Assembly (NCBI GenBank): GCA_030424595.1
Contig: JAUHWG010000011.1
Location: forward strand, 129,130-193,129
Length of the DNA: 64,000 bases
Reading direction: 5' to 3'
Source: Polyangia bacterium
GTDB taxonomy: Bacteria; Myxococcota_A; Polyangia; Nannocystales; Nannocystaceae
The position numbers were made by a program, and so were the translations under genes. The notes beneath the pieces were generated by a model. The model saw nothing but the letters and a program-made list of their open reading frames with translations. It was not told where the DNA came from and did not search any database. Below, in pieces: positions 9,183 to 17,403 of the stretch (within the stretch, counting starts at the first letter, position 1; the number at the start of each line of letters is the position of its first letter).

Positions 9183-10211
9183 ATGGTTGAGTACGACCGA
9201 AGCTCCGAGTTCACGGCCGCGGAGCTGGACCTCCTCGAGGACGCCCTCGAGGACCTGACGATCCTCCCTGAGGGTGCGTCGCCGGAGCTGCTCGGAAGGA
9301 TCGAATCGTTCCGCGAGATCCTCGGCATGACCGACGAGGCGTTGCCGCCGATCGAAGTCCCAGAGGGGCTGCTGGACAGCGTTCTCGAAGAGGCTCGCCG
9401 CTCCCCTGCGGCGGTGGTCGAGAGTGAGGCAGCAGGGACCGCAGGTGGACTCTGGCAGCGCCTTCGTCGATCGCTCCTGCTCCCGGGCTTCGCCCTCGCC
9501 GCGACGGCAGCGCTCTTGATCGTCGTGCTCCGGCCCGACGCTCCGATCTTTAGCGACATGTCTGAAAAGACAGGTGTGTCTGAGTCGCCGGAGAAGGCAG
9601 AGGTCGCGGGGGAGGGGGGCGACAAGGCCCGCGCCGCGCTGGAGGAGGAGGCGCCTGCGATGGTCCCCGCCGCCGCGCCGATCGTCGAAGAGAAGGCCGA
9701 TCTCAGAGAAGAGGAAGCGCTGGCCGACGAGGGGGCGATGGAAGAGCCTCCGGCGCCCAGCTACGAGCTGAAGAAACGCCCGGCGAAGAGCAAGAAGAGC
9801 GCGGCAGCGCCGAAGGACGCGGGCGCGAGCTTGGACGATGTACAAGGCGCCAAGGCCAGCGCCGAGGACGACCTCGACGCCGAGGACAAGGAGGCCCTCC
9901 GCACGCTCCTGCAACAGGCGGACAGCGATCGGCAGCGCGGTCGCTGTGGCGCTGCCGTGTCGGCCTACACCAAGCTCCTCGGCGTCCGCGGCAACGAGGA
10001 GGCGCGGGCGCTGATGGGCCTCGGGCTCTGCGCTGAGCGGGAGGGCGACATGACCGCGGCCGAGGGCTACTACCGCCGTGCGAAGGCGATCAACCCTGCG
10101 CTCGAGTCGCTGATCTCCGCCGAGCGCAAGCGACTGGGCGCGGCAGGAGCCGAGCCGCAGAAGAAGGCAGCGTCGAAGCCGAAGTCGAAGAAGGCGCTGC
10201 CCTTCGACTGA
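9183..10211 (+). CDS. Membrane-anchored protein with an acidic N-terminal domain, one TM helix and a C-terminal TPR-like region (anti-sigma-factor-like architecture)
   Basis: TM segment LLLPGFALAATAALLIVVL. C-terminal YTKLLGVRGNEEARALMGLGLCAEREGDMTAAEGYYRRAKAINP. A perfect 9-bp-stem hairpin spans the stop codon (10198-10220). Confidence 0.55.
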   Translation: MVEYDRSSEFTAAELDLLEDALEDLTILPEGASPELLGRIESFREILGMTDEALPPIEVPEGLLDSVLEEARRSPAAVVESEAAGTAGGLWQRLRRSLLLPGFALAATAALLIVVLRPDAPIFSDMSEKTGVSESPEKAEVAGEGGDKARAALEEEAPAMVPAAAPIVEEKADLREEEALADEGAMEEPPAPSYELKKRPAKSKKSAAAPKDAGASLDDVQGAKASAEDDLDAEDKEALRTLLQQADSDRQRGRCGAAVSAYTKLLGVRGNEEARALMGLGLCAEREGDMTAAEGYYRRAKAINPALESLISAERKRLGAAGAEPQKKAASKPKSKKALPFD

Positions 10212-10456
10212 GGTCGAAGGGCGTGAGCTCGCGTCGGTGCGGCGAGACCACGGACGGCGGAGGCCCCGAGGGCCGTCGCTAGAGGCCGACGCTGACCGCT
10301 GTGGCGAGAGCATGCACGCCTGAGGAGCGAGAGGGCGGTCGAGCGAGCCCGACGAAGAGCGCTGCGCCGGGGCTGGAGCTGGAGCTGAGGCCGAAGGGCG
10401 CCGAAGGGCGCCGAGCCACGGCGTGACCCGCGTCAGCACCCTCGGCTGCGGGGCGG

Positions 10457-11104
10457 CTAGTCGACCTCAAAGCTGAGATCGACGCCCATGGAGGGCCCAT
10501 CGTAGGTCGGAAAGCGTTGGTCGAACACAGCCTTGCGGATGCAGGGGACCGCGCCGCTGTCGCGGATCGCCGCCGGTGCCGTGGCGGAGACCTGGGAGAC
10601 CTTGCCGTCGCCGTTGACCCGGGCCGTGATCTTGACCTTGCCGCGCAGCGCGGTGTCGCCGGTGGCGGCATCGCCGACGCAGCGCTGAAACTTCGGGGTC
10701 AGCTTGCGGACCACTGCGCGGACTTGGGCGTCGCTCAGACGCTCGGAGCCGCCGTTGAGGTCGAGCGCCTGGGGTCCGTTGGAGAAGGCGGGGATGTGGC
10801 TGTCGTCGACCCGCGGCGCGCCGGCCTCGGGGACATCGCCTGCGTCTCCTGCCTCGCCGGAGGGCGAGCCCGCTCCGCCGCCCTTGCCCTTGCGTCGACG
10901 CTTGCGGCCCTTCTTCTTGGCGGCCGGCTCCTCTGCCGGGACCTCCGCGGTGTCGACGACGCACAATTGCACGTCGCAGCGGGTGCCCTCCCCGCAGCGA
11001 TCGTCGCAGGGGCCGGGCTCGACGTCGGGTGTGCCGAGGAGGAGCCACCACGCAGCGCCCCAGGCGAGTGAGGCGAGGAGCGCACCGGCGACCAGCTTTC
11101 CCAT
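10457..11104 (-). CDS. Secreted protein with a TonB-C/AgmX-PglI-like C-terminal domain and a Lys/Arg-rich linker
   Basis: N-terminal TM/signal segment (LLASLAWGAAWWLLL). C-terminal KVKITARVNGDGKVSQVSA...AVPCIRKAVFDQRFP resembles the TonB C-terminal fold. Confidence 0.55.
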   Translation of the reverse strand: MGKLVAGALLASLAWGAAWWLLLGTPDVEPGPCDDRCGEGTRCDVQLCVVDTAEVPAEEPAAKKKGRKRRRKGKGGGAGSPSGEAGDAGDVPEAGAPRVDDSHIPAFSNGPQALDLNGGSERLSDAQVRAVVRKLTPKFQRCVGDAATGDTALRGKVKITARVNGDGKVSQVSATAPAAIRDSGAVPCIRKAVFDQRFPTYDGPSMGVDLSFEVD

Positions 11105-11233
11105 CGCATCGCTGATAGGAGGGGGGGGCAGCGGCTGTCAAGCGGGGGGGACCGCGGCTCGCGCTCGCTCCCCGTTCGCGGGCTTCCGTGGTACCTTTCC
11201 GCCTGCTCATCCCCGAGCTTGGAGCCTCGTCCT

Positions 11234-12652
11234 ATGCCCGTCTCGACCCTCTCAGGCCTCCTCCTCGCCCTTTGGGTAGCGGATCCCTTCAGCTATTCCT
11301 ACAACAGCCAGACCGACCCCAGCGGCGGCGCCGAGGTTGTGCTCAAGGCCAACGAAGACATCGGCGCATTCGAGGTCAAGATCAAGGGCGGCAAGAAGGT
11401 CGTCCAAAAGTCGGTCCCCGGTCTGAAGGCGGGGCAGACCTACAAGGTGCAATGGGTCCAGGGAGCGGAGCGGGTCGCCTACGACATGTCGATCGAGGGC
11501 GCGATCTCCGGGAGCGGCTCCTTTGAGGTCATGCGGCCCTCGGCGGCGAAGACGGTCGGCGGCGGCAAGATCGAGGCGCTCTTCGGGATCAACGACGTCC
11601 GCGAGCGCAAGGTCGCCTACCGGGTCCCCTTTGACCTGGAGAGCTACACGTTCACGGTCTTCGACACCGACGGCAACGTTCTCTCCAAGGACGAGGGCGG
11701 CGGCGGCAACAAGGCCGGTGATCGCCTCTCTCTGCGCTGGGACAGCGACGCGGAGGTGTTCATGGTCAAGCTCGAGGTGGTCGGCACCGCGGGGCAGACC
11801 GCCGAGGACATCAAGGTCACCTGGTCGGTCGACATCCCCCACACGAACATCAAGTTCGACAGCGGCAAGGCGGTGATCCGCGGCGATCAGGAGAAGTTCG
11901 TCGAAGAGGCGGCGATCATCGCGATGTACGAGCTCGCCGGGCTCGAGAAGACCAACAAGGCGGTCGGCGCCAACCTCACGGCGCAGCTCTACATCGTCGG
12001 CTACACCGACACCGTCGGCAAGGCCTCCGACAACAAGCGCCTCAGCGAAGGCCGGGCCAAGGCGATCGCGCAGTACTTCAAGAAGAAGGGCGTCTGGTGC
12101 GAGATCTACTACGCCGGCATGGGCGAGTCGGGCCTCCTGGTCAAGACCGACGACAACGTCGACGAGGAGCGCAACCGTCGGGCCGCGTACATCCTCGGGC
12201 CGCAGAAGCCGGCGGCCGGCGGCCCCATCCCGGGGAAGTGGAAGAAGGCCGCAGAGGCCGGCGCACGCCCCTCGGGCGAGCTGCCCCCCTATCCTGAGAA
12301 GTATCGCGAGGAGCGGGATCGTCGGAAGTACGGGACCAAGGGTGGGGGCTCTTCGTCGAGCGACTCGGGGTCGGGCGGCTCTGGCGGCTCTGGCGGTTCT
12401 GGTGGCGGCTCCGGTTCGGCCCCGAGCGATGACAGCGATGACTACAGCTACTCCGCCGGTAGCGATGGCTACGACGAGAGCTCCTCCTACGACGGCGATG
12501 AGTCGCCCGGTGAGGTCGAGGGCAAGCCCGGCGCGACCGCCAAGGGCTGCTCGGTCGCCGACGACTACGACGGGACCTTGGCTATCGGTCTCCTCGCCGG
12601 CCTCTGGGGCTTCGCTCGGCGACGGCGGACCCGCGTAGCGCAACGGACCTAG
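11234..12652 (+). CDS. OmpA-family protein with a C-terminal MYXO-CTERM sorting tag
   Basis: OmpA_C block LYIVGYTDTVGKASDNKRLSEGRAKAIAQYF. A Gly/Ser-rich linker follows. The C-terminus GCSVADD...AIGLLAGLWGFARRRR is a Cys + hydrophobic + Arg tail, which is the MYXO-CTERM pattern. GGAG sits 9 nt upstream of the ATG at 11234. The ORF track starts at the TTG at 11219. Confidence 0.8.
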   Translation: MPVSTLSGLLLALWVADPFSYSYNSQTDPSGGAEVVLKANEDIGAFEVKIKGGKKVVQKSVPGLKAGQTYKVQWVQGAERVAYDMSIEGAISGSGSFEVMRPSAAKTVGGGKIEALFGINDVRERKVAYRVPFDLESYTFTVFDTDGNVLSKDEGGGGNKAGDRLSLRWDSDAEVFMVKLEVVGTAGQTAEDIKVTWSVDIPHTNIKFDSGKAVIRGDQEKFVEEAAIIAMYELAGLEKTNKAVGANLTAQLYIVGYTDTVGKASDNKRLSEGRAKAIAQYFKKKGVWCEIYYAGMGESGLLVKTDDNVDEERNRRAAYILGPQKPAAGGPIPGKWKKAAEAGARPSGELPPYPEKYREERDRRKYGTKGGGSSSSDSGSGGSGGSGGSGGGSGSAPSDDSDDYSYSAGSDGYDESSSYDGDESPGEVEGKPGATAKGCSVADDYDGTLAIGLLAGLWGFARRRRTRVAQRT

Positions 12653-12700
12653 TCGTCCCGCGCAGCGCAACGGACCGAGTCGTCCCGCGCAACGGACCGG
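12638..12700 (+). repeat. 27-bp tandem repeat (~2.5 copies) made of the last codons plus stop of the OmpA-family gene (gcgcaacggaccTAGtcgtcccgcgca)
   Basis: Copy 1 contains the gene's TAG stop. Copy 2 has GAG at that position. Copy 3 is truncated. Confidence 0.8.
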
Positions 12701-12731
12701 GCCCGCCTGTCTGATGACGGGCGGGCTTTTG
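12700..12731 (+). terminator. Rho-independent terminator (gcccgcc-loop-ggcgggc followed by TTTTG)
   Basis: 7-bp GC stem, 11-nt loop and a T-tract. A second hairpin at 12820-12850 lies downstream of the convergent S46 gene. Confidence 0.6.
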
Positions 12732-12865
12732 CATGTAGAACCTTGTCGTCCGCCCCCTGCGGCTCCGCGGGCCATCGCCGGAGGGCCTCGTCGCGAACTC
12801 TCGACAGATCAAGAGCCCGCGCGTCGCTGACGGGCGGGCTCTCTCTTGAGCGAGGGGAGTTGCGG

Positions 12866-15160
12866 TCAGTCGATCGCCGGCGTGACGCCCATCTCGGTCA
12901 TCAGGTGCTCGGCGTGATCGACCGCGTCCATGACCCAAAGGACATAGCGGATGTCGACGTGGATCGAGCGGGTGATCTCCGGCATGAAGAGCCAGTCGCT
13001 GGCCATCGCCTCGTAGTTACCGTCGAAGACGAGGCCGATGAGCTCGCCGCGGGCGTTGAGGGTCGACGAGCCCGAGTTGCCGCCGGTGATGTCGAGGTCG
13101 GCGAGGAAGTTGACCGGGACCTCGCCGAGGTCGGCGTCGACGTAGGGGCCGACCTTGCGGGCCTTAAAGGCGTCGAGCACCGCCGCGGGGGCGTCGAAGG
13201 GCTCCTCGCCGGTGTGCTTGGCGATCATCTCGGAGAGGACCGTGAAGGGCCGGTAGAGCGGCGCCTCGGGGCGGGGCCGGTACCCGCGGACCGTGCCGTA
13301 GGTGACCCGCAGGGTCCCGTTGGCGTCCGGAGCGACGTCGCCGCCGTTGAACTCGCGGAGGGCGGCGATGTAGCGGGGCCGCAGCGCCGCCATCGCTCCC
13401 TCCTCCTTCTCGCTGCGCCGCTCTCGCTCTTCGATCTGCGGCTCCAGGTCGAGCGCGAGGCGGATGAAGGGATCGCGGCTGCGCCCTAGCGTCGCCGGCT
13501 TGGCCTTCTTGAGGAGGCGCAGGCGAGCCTTCTCATCGCCGAGCTTGGTCGACTTGTAGAGGCGGTCGAGGGCGCTGTCGATCGCGGCCTCGTCGACCGG
13601 GCCATCGCCGACGATCGTCGCCAGGGCGGGGGGCCTGTCGGCCTCGGGGAGGCGTGCGGCGCGGGTCAGGAAGAGCTTGAGGATCGCGCGGTCGAGCGCC
13701 GGGTCGTAGGTGCTCTGCATCGACGCCATGCCCTGCTCCCTGCGGGCGAGGTCACGCTTCTGATAGCCAGGGGCCCGGTCGGCGTCCTTCTTGCCGCGCT
13801 CGTTCGCCATCTTGACGATCGTCTGGGCGGCGCCGAGGAGCTGGGAGGCCCGGAGCAGAGACGCCTGCGCCGCGTCGCGCTCGCGGTTCGAGAGGTTGGC
13901 CTCGTTGAGCTTGGCCATCGCCTCGAGCACGCCGCCGTACTTCTCTTGGCGCGCCGGATCGGCGCTGATCCAGGCGGCGAGCTCCCCCTCGATCCGGGCC
14001 CGCTCGTCGGCGAGCTTGCCCTTGACCAGGCCGTCGAGCATCCCCTTGAAGTTGGTCAGGTAGTTGTTGAGGCCGCGCCTACGACCGGCCGCCTTGATCT
14101 TGATGTCCGGCCGACCTTCGCTGACCGCGTCGAGAGCGGCGATGTACTCCTCGTAGAGCTTGATCTGCCGCGGGTAGTACCAAGTCGCGGCCTCCTTGGT
14201 CTCGGCCGCGGTGAGCAGCCGCGAGGTCCGGCCGGGGTAGCCGGCGACCATCGCGAAGTCGCCGGCGTCGAGCTGCTCGTCGGCGACGCGGAGGAAGTGC
14301 TCGGGCTTGTAGGGGACGTTGGCGGTCGAGTAGTCGGCGGGCTTGCCATCGGGCCCGACGTAGGCCCGCAGGAACGAGAAGTCGCCGGTGTGCCTGGGCC
14401 AGCGCCAGTTGTCGACCTCACCGCCGTACACGCCGACGCCTGCGTGGGGGGCGTAGACCAAGCGAACATCGCGGATCTCGAGCTGCTCGATCTGATAGAA
14501 CTCGGCGCCCGAGTAGTAGCTGGCGACCTGGCAGCGGGTGTTCGGCGTGGCGGCCTCGCACTCGTTGACGATCTCCTTGCGGCGGCGCTCGATGGCCTTG
14601 TAGCGCTCCTCGTCGCTGACCTCGGCGAGGTCGCCGAGGACTCGGTCGGTCACGCGGGTGAAGGCGCGGGTCACGTAGACACGCTTGGTCGCCCCGCCGG
14701 AGGGCTCGTCGGCGCGGGTCTTCGCCAGGAAGCCGTTCTCCAGGAGGTTCACCTCGGGGGTGGAGTTGTGCTGGAGGTAGCCGGTGACGCAGTGATGGTT
14801 GGTGATGATCAGCCCCTCGGGGGAGACGAACGAGGCAGAACAGCCCCCGAGGCTGACGACGGCGCCCAGCGGAAACGCGGTCGGATCGGTGAGCTGAGCC
14901 GGGTCGAGCTCGAAGCCGGCCTGCTTGAGCGATGCCGCGTGGGTCACGAGCTGGTTCGGCATCCACATGCCGCCTGGGTTCTCGAACGACGCTGTCGCGG
15001 GCGCGGACGTCTCGACAGGGTTGGCGTCCGATCCCGCGGTCGTCGACGGCGCTGCGACATCTCCGTCGCCTGTTGTCGCACAGCTGAGCGTGAAGCCAAG
15101 CCCGAGGGCGGCGAGGACAGATCGCTGGGGGAGCCTACGGTGGTGAATCGAACCGCGCAT
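12866..15160 (-). CDS. Peptidase S46 family (dipeptidyl-peptidase 7/11-like); lipoprotein
   Basis: S46 hallmarks: LIITNHHC, DNWRWPRHTGDFSF and GGNSGSS (catalytic Ser context). The start is the ATG at 15160 (MRGSIHHRRLPQRSVLAALGLGFTLSC). The ORF track extends it to 16324, but that extension is antisense to the kinase gene. Confidence 0.85.
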   Translation of the reverse strand: MRGSIHHRRLPQRSVLAALGLGFTLSCATTGDGDVAAPSTTAGSDANPVETSAPATASFENPGGMWMPNQLVTHAASLKQAGFELDPAQLTDPTAFPLGAVVSLGGCSASFVSPEGLIITNHHCVTGYLQHNSTPEVNLLENGFLAKTRADEPSGGATKRVYVTRAFTRVTDRVLGDLAEVSDEERYKAIERRRKEIVNECEAATPNTRCQVASYYSGAEFYQIEQLEIRDVRLVYAPHAGVGVYGGEVDNWRWPRHTGDFSFLRAYVGPDGKPADYSTANVPYKPEHFLRVADEQLDAGDFAMVAGYPGRTSRLLTAAETKEAATWYYPRQIKLYEEYIAALDAVSEGRPDIKIKAAGRRRGLNNYLTNFKGMLDGLVKGKLADERARIEGELAAWISADPARQEKYGGVLEAMAKLNEANLSNRERDAAQASLLRASQLLGAAQTIVKMANERGKKDADRAPGYQKRDLARREQGMASMQSTYDPALDRAILKLFLTRAARLPEADRPPALATIVGDGPVDEAAIDSALDRLYKSTKLGDEKARLRLLKKAKPATLGRSRDPFIRLALDLEPQIEERERRSEKEEGAMAALRPRYIAALREFNGGDVAPDANGTLRVTYGTVRGYRPRPEAPLYRPFTVLSEMIAKHTGEEPFDAPAAVLDAFKARKVGPYVDADLGEVPVNFLADLDITGGNSGSSTLNARGELIGLVFDGNYEAMASDWLFMPEITRSIHVDIRYVLWVMDAVDHAEHLMTEMGVTPAID

Positions 15161-15279
15161 TGCCGCCAAGGGGTAGCAGATTCGAGCCCCCTTCGGGGGC
15201 CTGTCGCGGCGCGTTCGTCGGATGGCGCCAATGGCGCCTCGCCTCCTCCTGCGGTTCTGGCCGGCTATACGGTGATACC

Positions 15280-16333
15280 CTGGCCGACCGTGTCGCGGCC
15301 CCGCGTCTCTCTGCTTGTTGGCAACCCGACGGCCCGAACAGGGAAGGCCGCCCGTGCCATCAAGCACGCGATGGAGGCGCTCGACCGGCACCACCTCGAC
15401 CCCGAGCTCTTCGCGACCAAGCCCGACGGGGCGACGGTCCCAGCCCTGGCAGAGCGCCTCGAGGCTGGGGACATCGCCAAGGTCATCTATCTCGGCGGCG
15501 ACGGGACCTTCGCCGACACGGCGAAGGGGATCATCCTCGCCCGCGAGCGCTACGGGATCGACGTGCCGATGGGCATGCTGCCGATGGGCACCGCCAACGA
15601 TCAGGGGCGCTCCTTCGGCGTGAGGTCCGGCGTCAAGGCGATCGAGCGCAACGTCGAGATCATCGCCGAGGGGATCGAGCAGTGGCTCGACGTCGGCAGG
15701 GTCAGCGCCTACGACAGCCACGGCGAGGTCGTGCTCCAGGACCTCTGGTTCGACAGCTGGGGCGTCGGGCTCTCGGCGCAGATCCTCGCTCGCCGCAACC
15801 GCGACCGCGAGCGGGTCGCCAAGGTCCCGGTCTTTCGCCGGGTCTACCGCGACAAGGCGGTCTACGCCCGTGCTGCCTTCGCCAGCTACTTTCGCAGCCT
15901 CCTCGGCCGCTCCCGCTTCGCCGCCGCCGTGACGGTGGACGGCGTCTGCCACGAGTACAAGGGCTGTACGGACATCGTCGTCAAGGGGACGCTCCTCTAC
16001 GGTGGTGACTGGATCTTCGCCCCCGAGAGCAAGCCGGACGACGGCAAGTTCGAGGTCATCATCATGAAGCGGCACGCGGATTGGGTGGCGGCGACGATCA
16101 CCGCCCACAAGCGCAACCCGGTGACGGCCGATGATCTCGCGGTGCTCGGGGTACGCCGGGCGGAGATCCCGAGCGGCAAGGACATCGAGGTCCGGATCTT
16201 CCGCTCGCCGCGGATACGCAAGCTCTACGCGCAGCTCGACGGCGAAGAGCTCTTCTATTGCGATCACTACCGGATCGAGAACCTCTTCCATTACCTTCGG
16301 ATCATCGTCCCTATGGATCCCCACTGGGTGTAG
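15280..16333 (+). CDS. Diacylglycerol/lipid kinase catalytic-domain protein (YegS/DAGK_cat family)
   Basis: VSLLVGNPTARTGKA...VIYLGGDGTFADTAKGI...GMLPMGTANDQGRS are DAGK_cat motifs. Start is probably the GTG at 15280, or possibly 15262. It lies divergent to the S46 gene. Confidence 0.7.
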
Positions 16334-16341
16334 GTCTGCCT

Positions 16342-17355
16342 GTGTTTCACGCGTTTACCCGGTTCTTCCCTCCGGTCGTCCTCATGGTCGGGCTCGGGGT
16401 CCTTGGTTGCACCCAGGACACCTCGGAGCAGCTCAAGGGGGCCATCGAGGAGCAGCTCAAGGAGCGGCTCGCCAAGAAGAAGCGGGCGACGACCGATGAC
16501 GGTGGGTCGCAGCCCGAGCTGCTGGCGAACAAGCTCAGCCTCTACCTCGAGTGTGGGCGGGCGACCCAGGCCCTCGTCCGCCAGAGCTGGCGGAGCTACC
16601 GCGAGCAGGTGACGGAGGAGGGGGAGATCCAGGCTGACGGCGCCAAGGTCCCGCTGGTCCCGGCCTCGGCGGTCGAGAGCTGCGCCAAGGCGGCGAAGAC
16701 CGGACGACACCTGCAGCCGCCGCAGCCCGAGCTCGAGGCCGCGACGGTCGACTACGCCGAGGCGCTCGGCAGCTACGCCGCGCGCTTGGAGGAGGTCGTC
16801 GGGATCCTCGAGGCTGGAGGTTCGGCGAAGAAGTTTGACCCCGCCGCAGCGCTGACGATCCGCGAGCTCGGGCCGAGCCTCGACGCCGCCTACAGCTCGT
16901 GGGAGGACGCCTCGGGGTCGCTGACGCGGGAGATCAACGAGACTCAAGGACGGGTCGACACCTCGGTGCTCGCGCGGATCGAAGAGCGGAGCGGACGAGG
17001 CGCGGAGTACTACACGCGCGCCTTCGTGATCGCCTCGCGCCCGCTCGTCCGCTGCCTGACCTCGGCGCCTGGCGTCGCCTGCGAGTCGGCCTTCTTCGCG
17101 ATCGAGCAGGCCCACGGCGAGCTCCACGGGTACCTCGACCTCCACCCCGAGGAGGCGGCCAAGGTCTTCTGGCTCGATCACTTCGTCGCCAGCGCGGACC
17201 AGTACTACGAGGTCGCGAGGGCGCTGATGGAGAAGGTGCGCGCGAGCGGAGTCGGGGCCGACGAGGTCGACGCGGTCGTCGACGAGTTCAACGATCTTCT
17301 GCGCGAGTCGGGGAACCTGAACTTCGGCCGCGTCGAAGCCCCCGCAGCGCCGTGA
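16342..17355 (+). CDS. Hypothetical lipoprotein
   Basis: Lipobox LGVLGCTQ after a hydrophobic stretch. GTG start at 16342, immediately after the kinase stop. An alternative ATG is at 16384. Confidence 0.5.
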   Translation: MFHAFTRFFPPVVLMVGLGVLGCTQDTSEQLKGAIEEQLKERLAKKKRATTDDGGSQPELLANKLSLYLECGRATQALVRQSWRSYREQVTEEGEIQADGAKVPLVPASAVESCAKAAKTGRHLQPPQPELEAATVDYAEALGSYAARLEEVVGILEAGGSAKKFDPAAALTIRELGPSLDAAYSSWEDASGSLTREINETQGRVDTSVLARIEERSGRGAEYYTRAFVIASRPLVRCLTSAPGVACESAFFAIEQAHGELHGYLDLHPEEAAKVFWLDHFVASADQYYEVARALMEKVRASGVGADEVDAVVDEFNDLLRESGNLNFGRVEAPAAP

Positions 17356-17403
17356 GCTGCCGTGTGTGTGCAGGGCTGGGTCCGCCGCAGGACCGAGCCG
17401 GGC

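Noticed and set aside
15161-16324. N-terminal 388 residues of the 1152-aa ORF containing the S46 peptidase
   Set aside because: This portion is antisense to the DAGK-family gene and is low-complexity. The peptidase has its own ATG, signal peptide and lipobox at 15160.
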